Positions 27,843-37,530 of a stretch of 64,000 nucleotides of DNA are shown in pieces (positions within the stretch are counted from its first letter, which is position 1; each line of letters opens with the position of its first letter). The DNA comes from Patescibacteria group bacterium (lineage in GTDB: Bacteria; Patescibacteriota; Patescibacteriia; Magasanikbacterales; GWA2-37-8), in contig JAQWDH010000005.1 in NCBI GenBank assembly GCA_028705565.1, positions 5,803 to 69,802 on the forward strand. Reading direction: 5' to 3'. A model generated the notes under the pieces. The model was given only the letters and a program-made list of their open reading frames with translations. It was not told the origin of the DNA and made no database searches. The translations under genes and the position numbers were made by a program.

Positions 27843-29111
27843 TTAAAATTTTATCGCTTTCGCCACTCTGTCTATCGCCAACGCGAACGCGGCTGTCCGC
27901 ATATCAACACCGTGTTTTTCTTTCATCTCCCAAATTTCAGCGAAAGCTCCTGTCATTTTTTCTTCCAATTTTTTCAAAACTTCCACTTCGGTCCAATGTT
28001 CATTTTTAAGATTTTGTTCCCACTCAAAACAGCTTACGGTAACTCCTCCGGCGTTCGCGAGCACATCCGGAACGACTGTTATGCCTTTGGCTTTTAAAAT
28101 TTCATCGGCTTCCGGAGTCGTCGGACCGTTCGCCATTTCCATAATGGCTTTGGCTTTGACGCGCGGAGCGTTATCCGCCCTGATTTGATTTTCCAAAGCG
28201 GCCGGCACGAGAATATCAACATCCAATTCCAAAATTTCTTCATTGGAAATAAAACGGCACGGACCATCTTTGGAAATTTGATTGAGAGTGCAGACCGAAC
28301 CGAGGCAATAACACCCGAGCATCCCGCCGGCTTTTTTAATTTTTTCCGCTTTATACGGGTCAACTCCGTCTTCATTAAAAACTCCGCCTTGCGAATCGCT
28401 CAAAGCCACAATTTTAAATCCCATTTTATGTAAAATTTTCGCGACATAACCTCCGACATTTCCAAATCCCTGCACCGCGACTGTTATTTGCTTTCCTTCC
28501 CAGCCCATTTTTTTTACAAGCTCGCGCGCGCAATAAGCCCCGCCTTGTCCGGTCGCCGATTCCCTGCCTTCACTCCCGCCGTCCGCTATCGGCTTGCCGG
28601 TGACAACGCCCGGGTCGGAATGGCCTGATAATTTTTCGTATTCGTTTCTCATCCACGCCATTATTTTCGCGTTTGTGTACACATCGGGAGCCGGCACATC
28701 TTTGTCCGAACCGATTTCACGCCAAATTTTTTGGATATAACCGCGCGATAACCTTTCCAATTCGCCCTCTGATAAATCTTTCGGGTTCACAATCACGCCG
28801 CCCTTGCCTCCGCCCATCGGTATCCCGACTGTCGCGCATTTTATCATCATCCAAAATGACAAAGCCATAACCTCGTCCAAACTCACATTCGAATGGTAAC
28901 GAATTCCGCCCTTATACGGCCCCAGCGCGTTATTGTATTGCGAACGATAACCTGTAAAAACTTTTATTTCCCCATCGTCCATTTTTACCGGAATATAAAC
29001 GGTTAAAATCTTATCCGGATTTTTTAAAATTTCATGTATATTTTTATCCAAATTTATGACTTTTGCCGCTTTGTCCAGTTGCGACAAACAATTTACAAAA
29101 AGCGCAGACAT
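27843..29111 (-). CDS. gdhA: Glutamate dehydrogenase (Glu/Leu/Phe/Val DH family)
   Basis: 422 aa; KGGIRYH..., GFGNVGG Rossmann motif. Confidence 0.85.
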   Translation of the reverse strand: MSALFVNCLSQLDKAAKVINLDKNIHEILKNPDKILTVYIPVKMDDGEIKVFTGYRSQYNNALGPYKGGIRYHSNVSLDEVMALSFWMMIKCATVGIPMGGGKGGVIVNPKDLSEGELERLSRGYIQKIWREIGSDKDVPAPDVYTNAKIMAWMRNEYEKLSGHSDPGVVTGKPIADGGSEGRESATGQGGAYCARELVKKMGWEGKQITVAVQGFGNVGGYVAKILHKMGFKIVALSDSQGGVFNEDGVDPYKAEKIKKAGGMLGCYCLGSVCTLNQISKDGPCRFISNEEILELDVDILVPAALENQIRADNAPRVKAKAIMEMANGPTTPEADEILKAKGITVVPDVLANAGGVTVSCFEWEQNLKNEHWTEVEVLKKLEEKMTGAFAEIWEMKEKHGVDMRTAAFALAIDRVAKAIKF

Positions 29112-29144
29112 AAAAAAACAACACTTAAAAATTATAATAAATTT

Positions 29145-29471
29145 TTAACCGTTAATATATTTTTCAATCATCTCTTCCAATTTTTCTTTCGGCACGCCGC
29201 CGACAATTTGGTCAACCGGCTCTCCGTTTTTGAAGATTGTAAAATTCGGAATGCTCATAACATTATACGCCACGGCTGTTTCACCGTTTTCATCCGCGTT
29301 GCATTTTCCAATTTTAATGTTTTTTCCTTCGTATTTTTCCGCCAATTCCGCCACTATCGGTCCCATCATTTGGCATGGTCCGCACCACGTCGCCCAAAAA
29401 TCAACAAAAACCGGAACCGATGAATTTAAAACTTCTTCTTTAAAATTCGCGTCGTTGAATATATACTCCAT
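29145..29471 (-). CDS. trxA: Thioredoxin
   Basis: 108 aa; WATWCGPC active site. Confidence 0.9.
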   Translation of the reverse strand: MEYIFNDANFKEEVLNSSVPVFVDFWATWCGPCQMMGPIVAELAEKYEGKNIKIGKCNADENGETAVAYNVMSIPNFTIFKNGEPVDQIVGGVPKEKLEEMIEKYING

Positions 29472-29493
29472 ATTAAAAAATAATTTATATTGA

Positions 29494-29519
29494 TTGTCAT
29501 TCCTCGGGATGACAATTTT
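29494..29519. repeat. Short palindrome ttgtcattcctcgggatgacaa: minimal copy of the GTCATYSCGA element family, possible terminator
   Basis: Read directly between trxA and infB. Confidence 0.6.
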
Positions 29520-29556
29520 TTGAAAGAATAATTTATATTATTTGTTAATATATTTT

Positions 29557-31617
29557 TTAATTTCGCAACACGAGTTTTTTGAATTTCTTTTCTTCTTTAA
29601 ACGCTTCCAAAACATCGCCAATTTCCAACTTTGTTTTGCCGATAAAATTCGCTCCGCACTCGCTTCCTTCCGGCACTTCGCTCATCGCTTGCTGGCCTAT
29701 TTGCAGTTTGGCTATCTGCCCCTTTCCTATAATTTCTCCGCTTCGTTTCACTCTTGCTTGGCAATCTTTAATCAGTTTCCCGTCTTCCACTCTGCCGCCA
29801 ACTATCATTGAGCCGCTTTCAGCTCGAAAAATGGCGACAATTTTTAAAATGCCAAACTCTGTAACCACCAATTCTGGAATCAACAATTTTTCCAATTCTT
29901 CTTTTACAAAATCCAACAAATCATAAATTATATGAAATTCTTGAAAATTAATTTCTGACTCTTCCATCATTTCTCTCGCATTCGCAGGAGCGATAACATT
30001 AAATCCTAAAATCAGCGCCTTACCCGCAACCGCCGTAGAAACATCGTCGGCGGTTATATTGCCCAAACCTTTACCGACAACTTTTATGCCGACCTCGCCG
30101 TGTTGAATTTTACCCAAAGAACCAACAATCGCTTCCAATGACCCGAGCACATCGGCTTTGACTACAACATTAAGATAAATTTTTTCACTTTCTTTGTCTT
30201 GTTCAATCGCAATAGCCGATTGTTTTTCCGCGCCTGTTTGTTTTATTTTTTTCACTCTAACGTCCACTTGCGTCGCGTTTTCCGCGGAACCCACATCAAG
30301 CACATCGCCGACTTGCGGAGCGACTTTAAATCCGAGAATCCGCGCCGGACAACTTGGAGACGCTGTTCGCAAAACCTCGCCTTTATAATTTTTCATTGCT
30401 CTTACTTTTCCGTAAATTTCTCCGTTTATAACTAACGGGTCGTTAATGTTTAAAGTTCCGGTTTGAACCAAAATCGTGGCAACCGGCCCTTCGCCTTTAT
30501 CAACATGCGCTTCAATAATCGTTCCGGCCGCTGGACGGTCGGCATTAGCTTTTATATTTTCCGCGTTCATATCCCCGACCAAAAGCAGTGTGTCCAAAAG
30601 TTTGTCTATATTTAATTTTTTCAAAGCGGAAATTTCCACCATTGGCGTATCCCCTCCCCAATCATCACTCAAAACATTGTATTGGGACAAATCGGCTTTT
30701 ACTTTTTTAACATCCGCGCCTTCCTTGTCCATTTTATTAATCGCCACGACCATTGGTAATTTGGCGGCTTTTATAATGTTAATCGCTTCCACTGTTTGCG
30801 GTTTAACGCTGTCATCTGCTGCCACAACCAAAATGGCGATGTCCGCGACTTTCGCTCCTCTGCTTCTCATCACAGTGAAGGCCTCGTGTCCCGGAGTGTC
30901 AATAAATGTAAGCGGGGTGATTTCTTTTGTTTTCGGATTAGTCCACATCACCTGATACGCGCCTATATGCTGTGTGATTCCTCCGGCTTCCTGCGCCACG
31001 ACATTCGCGCTGCGGATGGCATCCAATAATTTCGTTTTGCCGTGGTCCACGTGCCCCATTACGACTACAACCGGCGGACGCGAAGATTTTCCTTCGTCGT
31101 CTTCGGACAAAATCTTTTCCAAAGCTTCCGTGTGCGCCGCGAGTTCAATGCTATTTTCTTTTTTGCTTTCGGTTTTAAAACCGAATTCCTGCGCGATAAG
31201 CGCGGCAGTATCGTAATCTATATTTTCATTTTGATTCGCCAGCACTCCGTTTTTGATAAGTTCCATTATAACTTTTGTCACAGGAATTTGCATCAAATCG
31301 GCCAAAACGCGCACGGTTACGGTTTGTGGAATAACAACCGTCGCCCCACTCTCCCCTCTTACTTTTTTTTCAAGCTCTTTTTGTTTTTCTTTTTCAATGA
31401 TTTCCCTTTTATCAAGCGTCGCTTTAATGTTTCTCCACGCGCGCCGTATCTGTTCCGCCACCCTGTCGTCAATTTTTACAGCCCTTGCGCCGACATCATA
31501 ACCGAACTCCGGCAAAATTTGCAGGAGCTTTTGTGGATTTACTTTTAATTGTCTGGCTAATTCCGATACATTCATGTTATTTAAACTTAAAATGATTTGT
31601 AAAATCAATTCAATCAA
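29557..31617 (-). CDS. infB: Translation initiation factor IF-2
   Basis: 686 aa; GHVDHGKT, DTPGH, NKMD G-domain motifs. Confidence 0.9.
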   Translation of the reverse strand: MIELILQIILSLNNMNVSELARQLKVNPQKLLQILPEFGYDVGARAVKIDDRVAEQIRRAWRNIKATLDKREIIEKEKQKELEKKVRGESGATVVIPQTVTVRVLADLMQIPVTKVIMELIKNGVLANQNENIDYDTAALIAQEFGFKTESKKENSIELAAHTEALEKILSEDDEGKSSRPPVVVVMGHVDHGKTKLLDAIRSANVVAQEAGGITQHIGAYQVMWTNPKTKEITPLTFIDTPGHEAFTVMRSRGAKVADIAILVVAADDSVKPQTVEAINIIKAAKLPMVVAINKMDKEGADVKKVKADLSQYNVLSDDWGGDTPMVEISALKKLNIDKLLDTLLLVGDMNAENIKANADRPAAGTIIEAHVDKGEGPVATILVQTGTLNINDPLVINGEIYGKVRAMKNYKGEVLRTASPSCPARILGFKVAPQVGDVLDVGSAENATQVDVRVKKIKQTGAEKQSAIAIEQDKESEKIYLNVVVKADVLGSLEAIVGSLGKIQHGEVGIKVVGKGLGNITADDVSTAVAGKALILGFNVIAPANAREMMEESEINFQEFHIIYDLLDFVKEELEKLLIPELVVTEFGILKIVAIFRAESGSMIVGGRVEDGKLIKDCQARVKRSGEIIGKGQIAKLQIGQQAMSEVPEGSECGANFIGKTKLEIGDVLEAFKEEKKFKKLVLRN

Positions 31618-31713
31618 ATTAAGTATAAATTAAATAAAACGAAAAGTCAATAATTTGTAATGGGTCAAGACATCTGACACGCTTTTCCAACGGCACAAAC
31701 AATTGTCTAAATT

Positions 31714-31742
31714 TGACACAAAAACAAATAGGTGCTACTATT
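31714..31742 (+). promoter_or_regulatory. Candidate sigma70-like promoter (ttgaca-17 nt-tactat) heading an about 280-nt leader before rny
   Basis: Hexamers read directly; no experimental support. Confidence 0.3.
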
Positions 31743-32026
31743 TACATAGTAAATTTTATTATTAACTTGATCTTTGAGGGATTAAGGAAAGCGAAAAACG
31801 CGAAATTTGGCTGAAAATGGTGTTTTTCGGAAGCATTGGCACAGCGTAAACGGCTTAAAAATATGGTTAATTTCGTCTCTAATTTTAAAAAAACATATAC
31901 TTCTTCCGCGCTTGTTATTTTCGGACGATTCGTAAAAATTTTTGAGACAAAGACCCGTTAAAAAGGCCTGTTTTTCGTTATATTATTATTTTGAATTAAA
32001 AGCGTTTTACAGCTTTTTATTCCTTA

Positions 32027-33595
32027 ATGCGCCCTCAAAATCTTTTGAGGTTTTTTATTATGGAAACTATATTTATTACAATCGCGGTGGTCGCCGTTGT
32101 TGCTGGAATGGGCGTTGGCATCGCTTTGGGTTATGTTTTGCGCAAAAAAATAGCTCAGGCGCAGGCCAACTCTATTGAAGCCAAAGCGGAAAAAATACTC
32201 ACTGACGCGAAAAACAAACAACAGGAGTATATTATTGAGGCAAAAGAAAAAGCGAATAAAATCGTTGACGACGCAAAACGCGAAGAAAAACAAACACGCC
32301 AGGAATTACACGGGTTGCAACAACGTTTGGAACGGCGTGAAAATATGTTTGACCAAAAACTTATTGAGTTACAAGACAGGCAGCAAAAAATGCAAGAAAA
32401 AGTTGAACAAATAAACAAGGTGAAACAAGACATAGAACAACTGCGCGAACAGGAATTCGCGAAACTGCAAAATATCGCAGGCTTAAACAAAGAAGAGGCG
32501 CGCAATATTTTAATTAAAAAAGTTGAAGAACAAAGCAAAGAAGATTTGGCGATAAGAACAATGAAATTGGAAAAAGAATCGTCAGAGGTTTTTGAAGAAA
32601 AAGCGCGTGATATTATCGTGACGGCCATTCAACGTTGCGCGTCTTCGCATGCCGCCGAAACGACTTCCACTTTGGTTAATTTAACCAACGAGGAAATGAA
32701 AGGACGCATTATCGGCAAAGAAGGAAGAAACATAAAAACGATTGAAAAACTCACCGGCTGTGAATTGATAATTGATGAAACTCCTGATGTGATAACCGTG
32801 TCCGGCTTCTCCCCTATTCGCAGACAAATCGCGAAATTGGCTTTGGAAAAATTAATGGCCGATGGACGCATCCAACCCGCGCGCATTGAAGAATTCGTTG
32901 AAAAAGCCAAAGAAGATTTATCGCTTGATATAAAAAAATCCGGCGAAGAAGCGTTATACAAAACAGGCATCACGGGAATTGACCCAAAACTCGTAAGCAT
33001 TTTCGGAAGATTAAAATATCGCACAAGTTTCGGTCAAAATATTTTAAACCATTCAATTGAAGTTGGTTTTCTTTCAGCTTTAATAGCAACGGAATTAAAT
33101 TTAGACGCAGGTAAAGCAAAAAGATGCGGTCTTTTTCATGACATCGGAAAATCCGTTGACCACGAAACACAAGGCTCTCATCCTGAAATCGGACACATGA
33201 TTCTCAAAAAATTCAACATGGACGAAGATGCCGCGCAGTCAGCTCTTACCCACCACGCAGACAAACCGTATAATGTCTATGCGTCCATTGTTAAAGCCGC
33301 GGACGCGATTTCCAGCTCGCGCATTGGAGCCCGCAAAGACACCTACGAACAATTTATCGCGCGTTTGGAAGAATTGGAAAAAACAGTCAATTCTTTCCCG
33401 GGTATTGATAAAGTATATGCCATTCAAGCAGGACGAGAGGTGCGCGTTTTCGTAAAACCGAACGAAATTGATGATTACGCCGCGTTTCAAATGGCAAAAG
33501 ATGTGGCTCGCAAAATAGAACAAGAATTGCAATATCCTGGCGAAATCCGCGTCACGATTATCCGCGAAACACGAGTAATTGAATACGCGAAATAA
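32027..33595 (+). CDS. rny: Ribonuclease Y
   Basis: 522 aa; N-terminal TM, coiled coil, KH domain, HD domain with LFHDIGK. Confidence 0.9.
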   Translation: MRPQNLLRFFIMETIFITIAVVAVVAGMGVGIALGYVLRKKIAQAQANSIEAKAEKILTDAKNKQQEYIIEAKEKANKIVDDAKREEKQTRQELHGLQQRLERRENMFDQKLIELQDRQQKMQEKVEQINKVKQDIEQLREQEFAKLQNIAGLNKEEARNILIKKVEEQSKEDLAIRTMKLEKESSEVFEEKARDIIVTAIQRCASSHAAETTSTLVNLTNEEMKGRIIGKEGRNIKTIEKLTGCELIIDETPDVITVSGFSPIRRQIAKLALEKLMADGRIQPARIEEFVEKAKEDLSLDIKKSGEEALYKTGITGIDPKLVSIFGRLKYRTSFGQNILNHSIEVGFLSALIATELNLDAGKAKRCGLFHDIGKSVDHETQGSHPEIGHMILKKFNMDEDAAQSALTHHADKPYNVYASIVKAADAISSSRIGARKDTYEQFIARLEELEKTVNSFPGIDKVYAIQAGREVRVFVKPNEIDDYAAFQMAKDVARKIEQELQYPGEIRVTIIRETRVIEYAK

Positions 33596-33622
33596 TTATT
33601 GTGCTAAAGCCACACAACACTT

Positions 33623-33732
33623 CCAGCAGGGTCGAATGACCCTGCCAGCCAGGTCGCTCAATCCTGCCAGCAGGGTCGAATGATACTGCCAGCAGGGTCG
33701 AATGATACTGCCAGCAGGGTCGAATGACCCTG
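33623..33732. repeat. Five abutting tandem 22-bp units ccagcagggtcgaatgaccctg, each containing a 7-bp stem hairpin
   Basis: Units at 33623, 33645 (degenerate), 33667, 33689, 33711; no spacers. Confidence 0.85.
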
Positions 33733-33835
33733 TGGATAAGTTGTTTTGCCTTATTGTAGCGGAATAATAATAAGTATGGTAAGATAAGAAAGTAAAAGTC
33801 ATTATTTTATCTTTATAAAGAGAGGGGGTGAATTT

Positions 33836-34111
33836 ATGAACAAAGCAGAATTATCACAAGCATTAGCGGAAAAATTAAGCGCTTCCAAAAAAGAAGCCGA
33901 GGATATGATAAATGGTTTTATTGAAATCGTCACATCTTCTTTAAAGAAGGGCGAAGAAGTGGTTTTAACAGGTTTCGGCGCTTTCAGCGCTAAAATGCGC
34001 GCCGCTCGCGTAGGTGTTAACCCACAAAATCCTTCAGTAAAAATTCAGATCCCGGCCGTGAAAGTACCGAAATTTAAAGCAGGAAAGGCGTTAAAAGACG
34101 CTTTGAAATAA
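33836..34111 (+). CDS. hup: DNA-binding protein HU
   Basis: 91 aa; MNKAELSQALAEKLSASKKEAEDMINGF and GFGAFS, RAARVGVNPQNP HU signature; SD agggggtg. Confidence 0.9.
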   Translation: MNKAELSQALAEKLSASKKEAEDMINGFIEIVTSSLKKGEEVVLTGFGAFSAKMRAARVGVNPQNPSVKIQIPAVKVPKFKAGKALKDALK

Positions 34112-34120
34112 TCTTCACCA

Positions 34121-34162
34121 AAAACAAAACATCCCGACCAAATCGGGATGTTTTGTTTTGTG
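34121..34162 (+). terminator. Rho-independent terminator aaaacaaaacatcccga-ccaaa-tcgggatgttttgtttt
   Basis: Long perfect stem plus T-run immediately after hup. Confidence 0.8.
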
Positions 34163-34255
34163 TAGACGCAATGGGGCTAGGGTGGAACACCGTAGTTGAA
34201 ATAATCAAAGCGCGACTATTAAACGCATCCTTGTAAATTGCTGTGAATGTAGAAT

Positions 34256-35251
34256 TTATTTCTTATTTTTCTTTCCATTTAAATATCTCTTCATTGTTTT
34301 ATCAAAATCAGAAATAAGATTTTTGTTCTGTTCTTTTTTGTATTTTTCAAATTCTGCATTAGCCACCAGTACGGCTTGCTCGGCGCTTACTTTACCTGAA
34401 TTAACTAGAAGTTTTTTCTCGCTCAGTTTCAAAAAATCATCAAGTTTACCAATCCAGTCAGTCATTTTCATAAATCGACCGTTTGTTGCTTGTAATTCAG
34501 CAAAATCTAAATAAAGTGAAACAATTAAATTGAGTTGTTTTAGCTCGTTCTCCGACAAATAATTCTTGGCAATTTTTATATCTTGAGCGGTGACGTATTT
34601 ACCCTTGAAATTAGTTAGCCCCATCATCAGTTTTTTGCTATTCGCCCGATTGGCCACAATTTCTGCTGCCGTTTGTCCATGAACAGCAAAATGCATTTTG
34701 TTTTGAACAATAGCAAAAAAATCTTTTGTTAGTTCGTCGTCCTTTTTATAATCAATGCTAGTGGCGTAAATGTCGGTTACTTTTTGATAAAAATTGCGTT
34801 CACTACTCCGGATATCTCTAATTCTTTGGAGCAGTTCTTCAAAATAACGCGATTTATTATCGCCCTGTTTTAATCGTTCATCGTCTAACACAAACCCTTT
34901 TATAATATATTCCTTAAGCCGCTGTGTTGCCCAAATTCTAAACTGTGTTCCACGCAATGATTTAACTCGATAGCCGACGGAAATAATGATATCAAGATTA
35001 TAATAATTTGTCGGTTTAGTAGAAAATTCGGAATTTCCGAATTTTCTCATTGTTTGTGCTAAAACAAGCTCTTTTTCATCATAAATATTCTGAATGTGCT
35101 CATTTACCGTAGATTTTGATTTATCAAAAAGAACAGTCATTTCATCTTGGGTAAGCCAAACAGTTCCATCTTCCATTTTCACTTGCAGTTTTGCTTCCCC
35201 GTCATCAGTGGTGTAAATAATTATTTGTGACTTATGGTTGTTTTTTTTCAT
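34256..35251 (-). CDS. RhuM-family (virulence protein RhuM-like) protein
   Basis: 331 aa; N-terminus IIIYTTDDGEAKLQVKMEDGTVWLTQDEMTVLFDKSKSTVNEHIQNIYDEKEL matches the conserved RhuM-family N-region. Confidence 0.6.
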   Translation of the reverse strand: MKKNNHKSQIIIYTTDDGEAKLQVKMEDGTVWLTQDEMTVLFDKSKSTVNEHIQNIYDEKELVLAQTMRKFGNSEFSTKPTNYYNLDIIISVGYRVKSLRGTQFRIWATQRLKEYIIKGFVLDDERLKQGDNKSRYFEELLQRIRDIRSSERNFYQKVTDIYATSIDYKKDDELTKDFFAIVQNKMHFAVHGQTAAEIVANRANSKKLMMGLTNFKGKYVTAQDIKIAKNYLSENELKQLNLIVSLYLDFAELQATNGRFMKMTDWIGKLDDFLKLSEKKLLVNSGKVSAEQAVLVANAEFEKYKKEQNKNLISDFDKTMKRYLNGKKNKK

Positions 35252-35380
35252 ACATTCATGAGAATTCAGGCATTATTTTGGTCATGCGCAGATATTGGAT
35301 AATGTTTATTATAATATACTTTTTTCGTTGTTTGTACATCAATTCAAAGTAAGTGCATCAATGGAACATAAAATCCGCTA

Positions 35381-35455
35381 TGGTAGCCCCAACGGGAATC
35401 GAACCCGTATTACCACATTGAAAGCGTGGTGTCCTAGCCATTAGACGATGGGGCC
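35381..35455 (-). tRNA. tRNA-Glu (anticodon UUC), CCA encoded
   Basis: Cloverleaf folded by hand: acceptor GGCCCCA/TGGGGCT, anticodon stem CCACG/TGTGG, loop CTTTCAA, T-loop GGTTCGATTCC. Confidence 0.85.
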
Positions 35456-35557
35456 AGAAAAAATTTAAAAGCGTAATTATTATATGTTATTTTTAATCAA
35501 AAGTCAAGGGATAACATTGACATTTGCTGAATTTTTTGATAAAATTATTTTAACTTT

Positions 35558-35631
35558 GTCAGGGTAGCTCAGATGGTTAGAGCACGGGATTCATAACCCC
35601 GAGGTCGGGAGTTCGATTCTCCCCCCTGACA
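35558..35631 (+). tRNA. tRNA-Met (anticodon CAU; elongator or Ile-lysidine type, 1-72 paired)
   Basis: Acceptor GTCAGGG/CCCTGAC, D-arm GCTCAGATGGTTAGAGC, anticodon loop TTCATAA, T-arm GGGAGTTCGATTCTCCC. Confidence 0.85.
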
Positions 35632-35676
35632 CTAAAAATCGTTCTTTAAAATCTGCCGATTGGCGGAAGGAGGAAA

Positions 35677-36261
35677 ATGATGGAAGGAGAACTTATACGT
35701 GTTGGAGACGAAGTTATCATTACAATTCCGAAGGAGAATCGGGATTGGGGCTGCAACCCATGCCCTGATGGTTCAAAAGCGACCGTCCTCGGCTTCTCAG
35801 AAATCCACTATGGACGGCTCACAAATTGTGACATCAAACCCGGGGTGTACACCAACTACTATTGGGTGAAGCTACGTATAGAAGACGGCCGTGAGCTCAC
35901 GGTACCGGACCGCTTCCTTGAACTCTCTGACAAGTCCGTGTACGAACAACGGCTGGAGGCATTCCAAAAATACCAACGGGAAAATCCCGACAACTGGTAT
36001 AAAAACGAGGAATTTATTCGGGAACTTCCAGATACTCCATTCTGTGAAGGCGATCTCGTTTGCGTCCGTGACAGTTACTTAATCAGGAGCGCACGACGAA
36101 ACAACTTCCAAGTTATGGGGATTGACTATGACAGTAGAGAAAAAATAATGTATTGGCTCGCTTCCGACATATCGCATGTGAAGTCCTTAATTGTATATGA
36201 AGACGATATAGAGCTCGTCGAACACGGCTCTGTGTGGAAGAAGCTCCATAATAAAGAATAA
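35677..36261 (+). CDS. Hypothetical protein, GC-richer than surroundings (likely horizontally acquired)
   Basis: 194 aa ORF with SD ggaaggagg; codon usage visibly higher GC; adjacent to tRNA genes. Confidence 0.5.
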   Translation: MMEGELIRVGDEVIITIPKENRDWGCNPCPDGSKATVLGFSEIHYGRLTNCDIKPGVYTNYYWVKLRIEDGRELTVPDRFLELSDKSVYEQRLEAFQKYQRENPDNWYKNEEFIRELPDTPFCEGDLVCVRDSYLIRSARRNNFQVMGIDYDSREKIMYWLASDISHVKSLIVYEDDIELVEHGSVWKKLHNKE

Positions 36262-36275
36262 AAAATTTTTAACAT

Positions 36276-36310
36276 ATTCGCCGATGATATCATCGGCGAA
36301 TATTTAATTT
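36276..36310 (+). terminator. Rho-independent terminator attcgccgatgat-atcatcggcgaat + T-run
   Basis: Perfect 26-bp palindrome then atttaattt. Confidence 0.75.
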
Positions 36311-36414
36311 AATGTCAAAAATCATTTTCTTGAAAAAAATTCTACAATAAGTTATGATTCATTTAATAAACTCGCCACACGGTATTCGCGAGATTCTAAT
36401 AAACAAACTTTGCT

Positions 36415-37503
36415 ATGTTAGTTCTCGGTGTTGAAAGCTCTTGCGACGATACTTCCGTGGCCCTTTTGGAATGTTCCAAACAGGGCTGTTTTGTTGTAAA
36501 CGAACTTACGGCTTCTCAAATTGAAATCCACAAAAAATACGGGGGCGTTGTTCCTGAAATTGCAGGCAGGATGCATGCGGAAAAAATCATTCCTTTGATT
36601 GAAGAAGTTTTAAAAGACGGCGCAAAACCGGACGCCATCGCCGTGACTGCCGGACCTGGACTTATGACAGGACTTATTATTGGTGTGGAAGCGGCAAAAA
36701 CTTTATCCTATGCTTTAAATGTTCCGCTGATTGCGGTGAACCATATTGAGGGACACATTCATTCTGTTGAAATTTCCAAACAAACTCCAAATTCCAATAG
36801 CCAAATTACAAAAACCGACGACAAAATTTTGCCCATTCGGAAAAGTCCAAAAATAATTTATCCGGCGTTGGCGCTTGTTGCGAGCGGAGGACACACGGAA
36901 TTGATCTTGGCAAAAAAACAAGGCCGATACAAAAAAATCGGCGCCACGCGCGATGATGCCGCCGGCGAATGTTTTGATAAAGTTGCCAAGATATTGGACC
37001 TCCCATATCCGGGCGGACCGCAAATTTCCAAGCTCGCGATTGAAGGCGACCCGAAAGCGATAAATTTTCCCAGACCGATGTTGAAAAATAAAAATTCTTC
37101 ATCTAAAAACGGACTATCTTGGGATTTCAGTTTCGCCGGATTAAAAACCGCCGCGCTTTATTGGTTGCGCGACCATAAAAAAATAAATAAAAATGACTTT
37201 TGCTCTTCTTTTGAACAGGCGATTATAGATGTGTTGGTCGGAAAAACAATGAAAGCCGTTGAAAAATTCAAACCGAAAACCATAATCTTGGCAGGCGGCG
37301 TTTCAGCAAATAAAAAACTTCGCGAAACTTTAATTAAAGAGGTAAAAAACCAAGCTCTAAAATACTCGGTCCTGCTGCCAAAATCCGAATACTGTATGGA
37401 CAACGCGGCGATGATTGCCACGGCCGGTTATCACCACGCCTTGAAAAAAGATTATGTTTTATGGCAAAATATAAAGGCGGACCCGAATTGGGAAATCGCT
37501 TAA
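36415..37503 (+). CDS. tsaD: tRNA N6-adenosine threonylcarbamoyltransferase TsaD (Kae1/YgjD)
   Basis: 362 aa; MLVLGVESSCDDTSVAL N-terminus, HIEGH metal site, GGVSAN. Confidence 0.9.
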   Translation: MLVLGVESSCDDTSVALLECSKQGCFVVNELTASQIEIHKKYGGVVPEIAGRMHAEKIIPLIEEVLKDGAKPDAIAVTAGPGLMTGLIIGVEAAKTLSYALNVPLIAVNHIEGHIHSVEISKQTPNSNSQITKTDDKILPIRKSPKIIYPALALVASGGHTELILAKKQGRYKKIGATRDDAAGECFDKVAKILDLPYPGGPQISKLAIEGDPKAINFPRPMLKNKNSSSKNGLSWDFSFAGLKTAALYWLRDHKKINKNDFCSSFEQAIIDVLVGKTMKAVEKFKPKTIILAGGVSANKKLRETLIKEVKNQALKYSVLLPKSEYCMDNAAMIATAGYHHALKKDYVLWQNIKADPNWEIA

Positions 37504-37530
37504 TTTAACTAATTTATAACATATCTTTTT

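Noticed and set aside
33623-33732. Possible CRISPR array (regular 22-bp repeats)
   Set aside because: Units directly abut with no spacers, there are only 5 copies of a 22-bp unit, and there are no cas genes. It is a tandem hairpin repeat, not CRISPR. The same reasoning applies to the 7-bp tract at 42043-42098.
33596-33802. ORF-track ORF (68 aa, minus strand) spanning the 22-bp tandem repeat array
   Set aside because: Its repeated peptide segments simply mirror the DNA tandem repeat. No SD or start context. Best explained as a non-coding repeat.
35558-35631. tRNA-Met as initiator tRNA-fMet
   Set aside because: Position 1-72 is a G-C pair, where initiators have a mismatch. The anticodon stem has G-C at 28-42, 29-41 and 30-40 but A-C at 31-39. 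Called elongator Met or Ile-lysidine type. It cannot be resolved without modification data.
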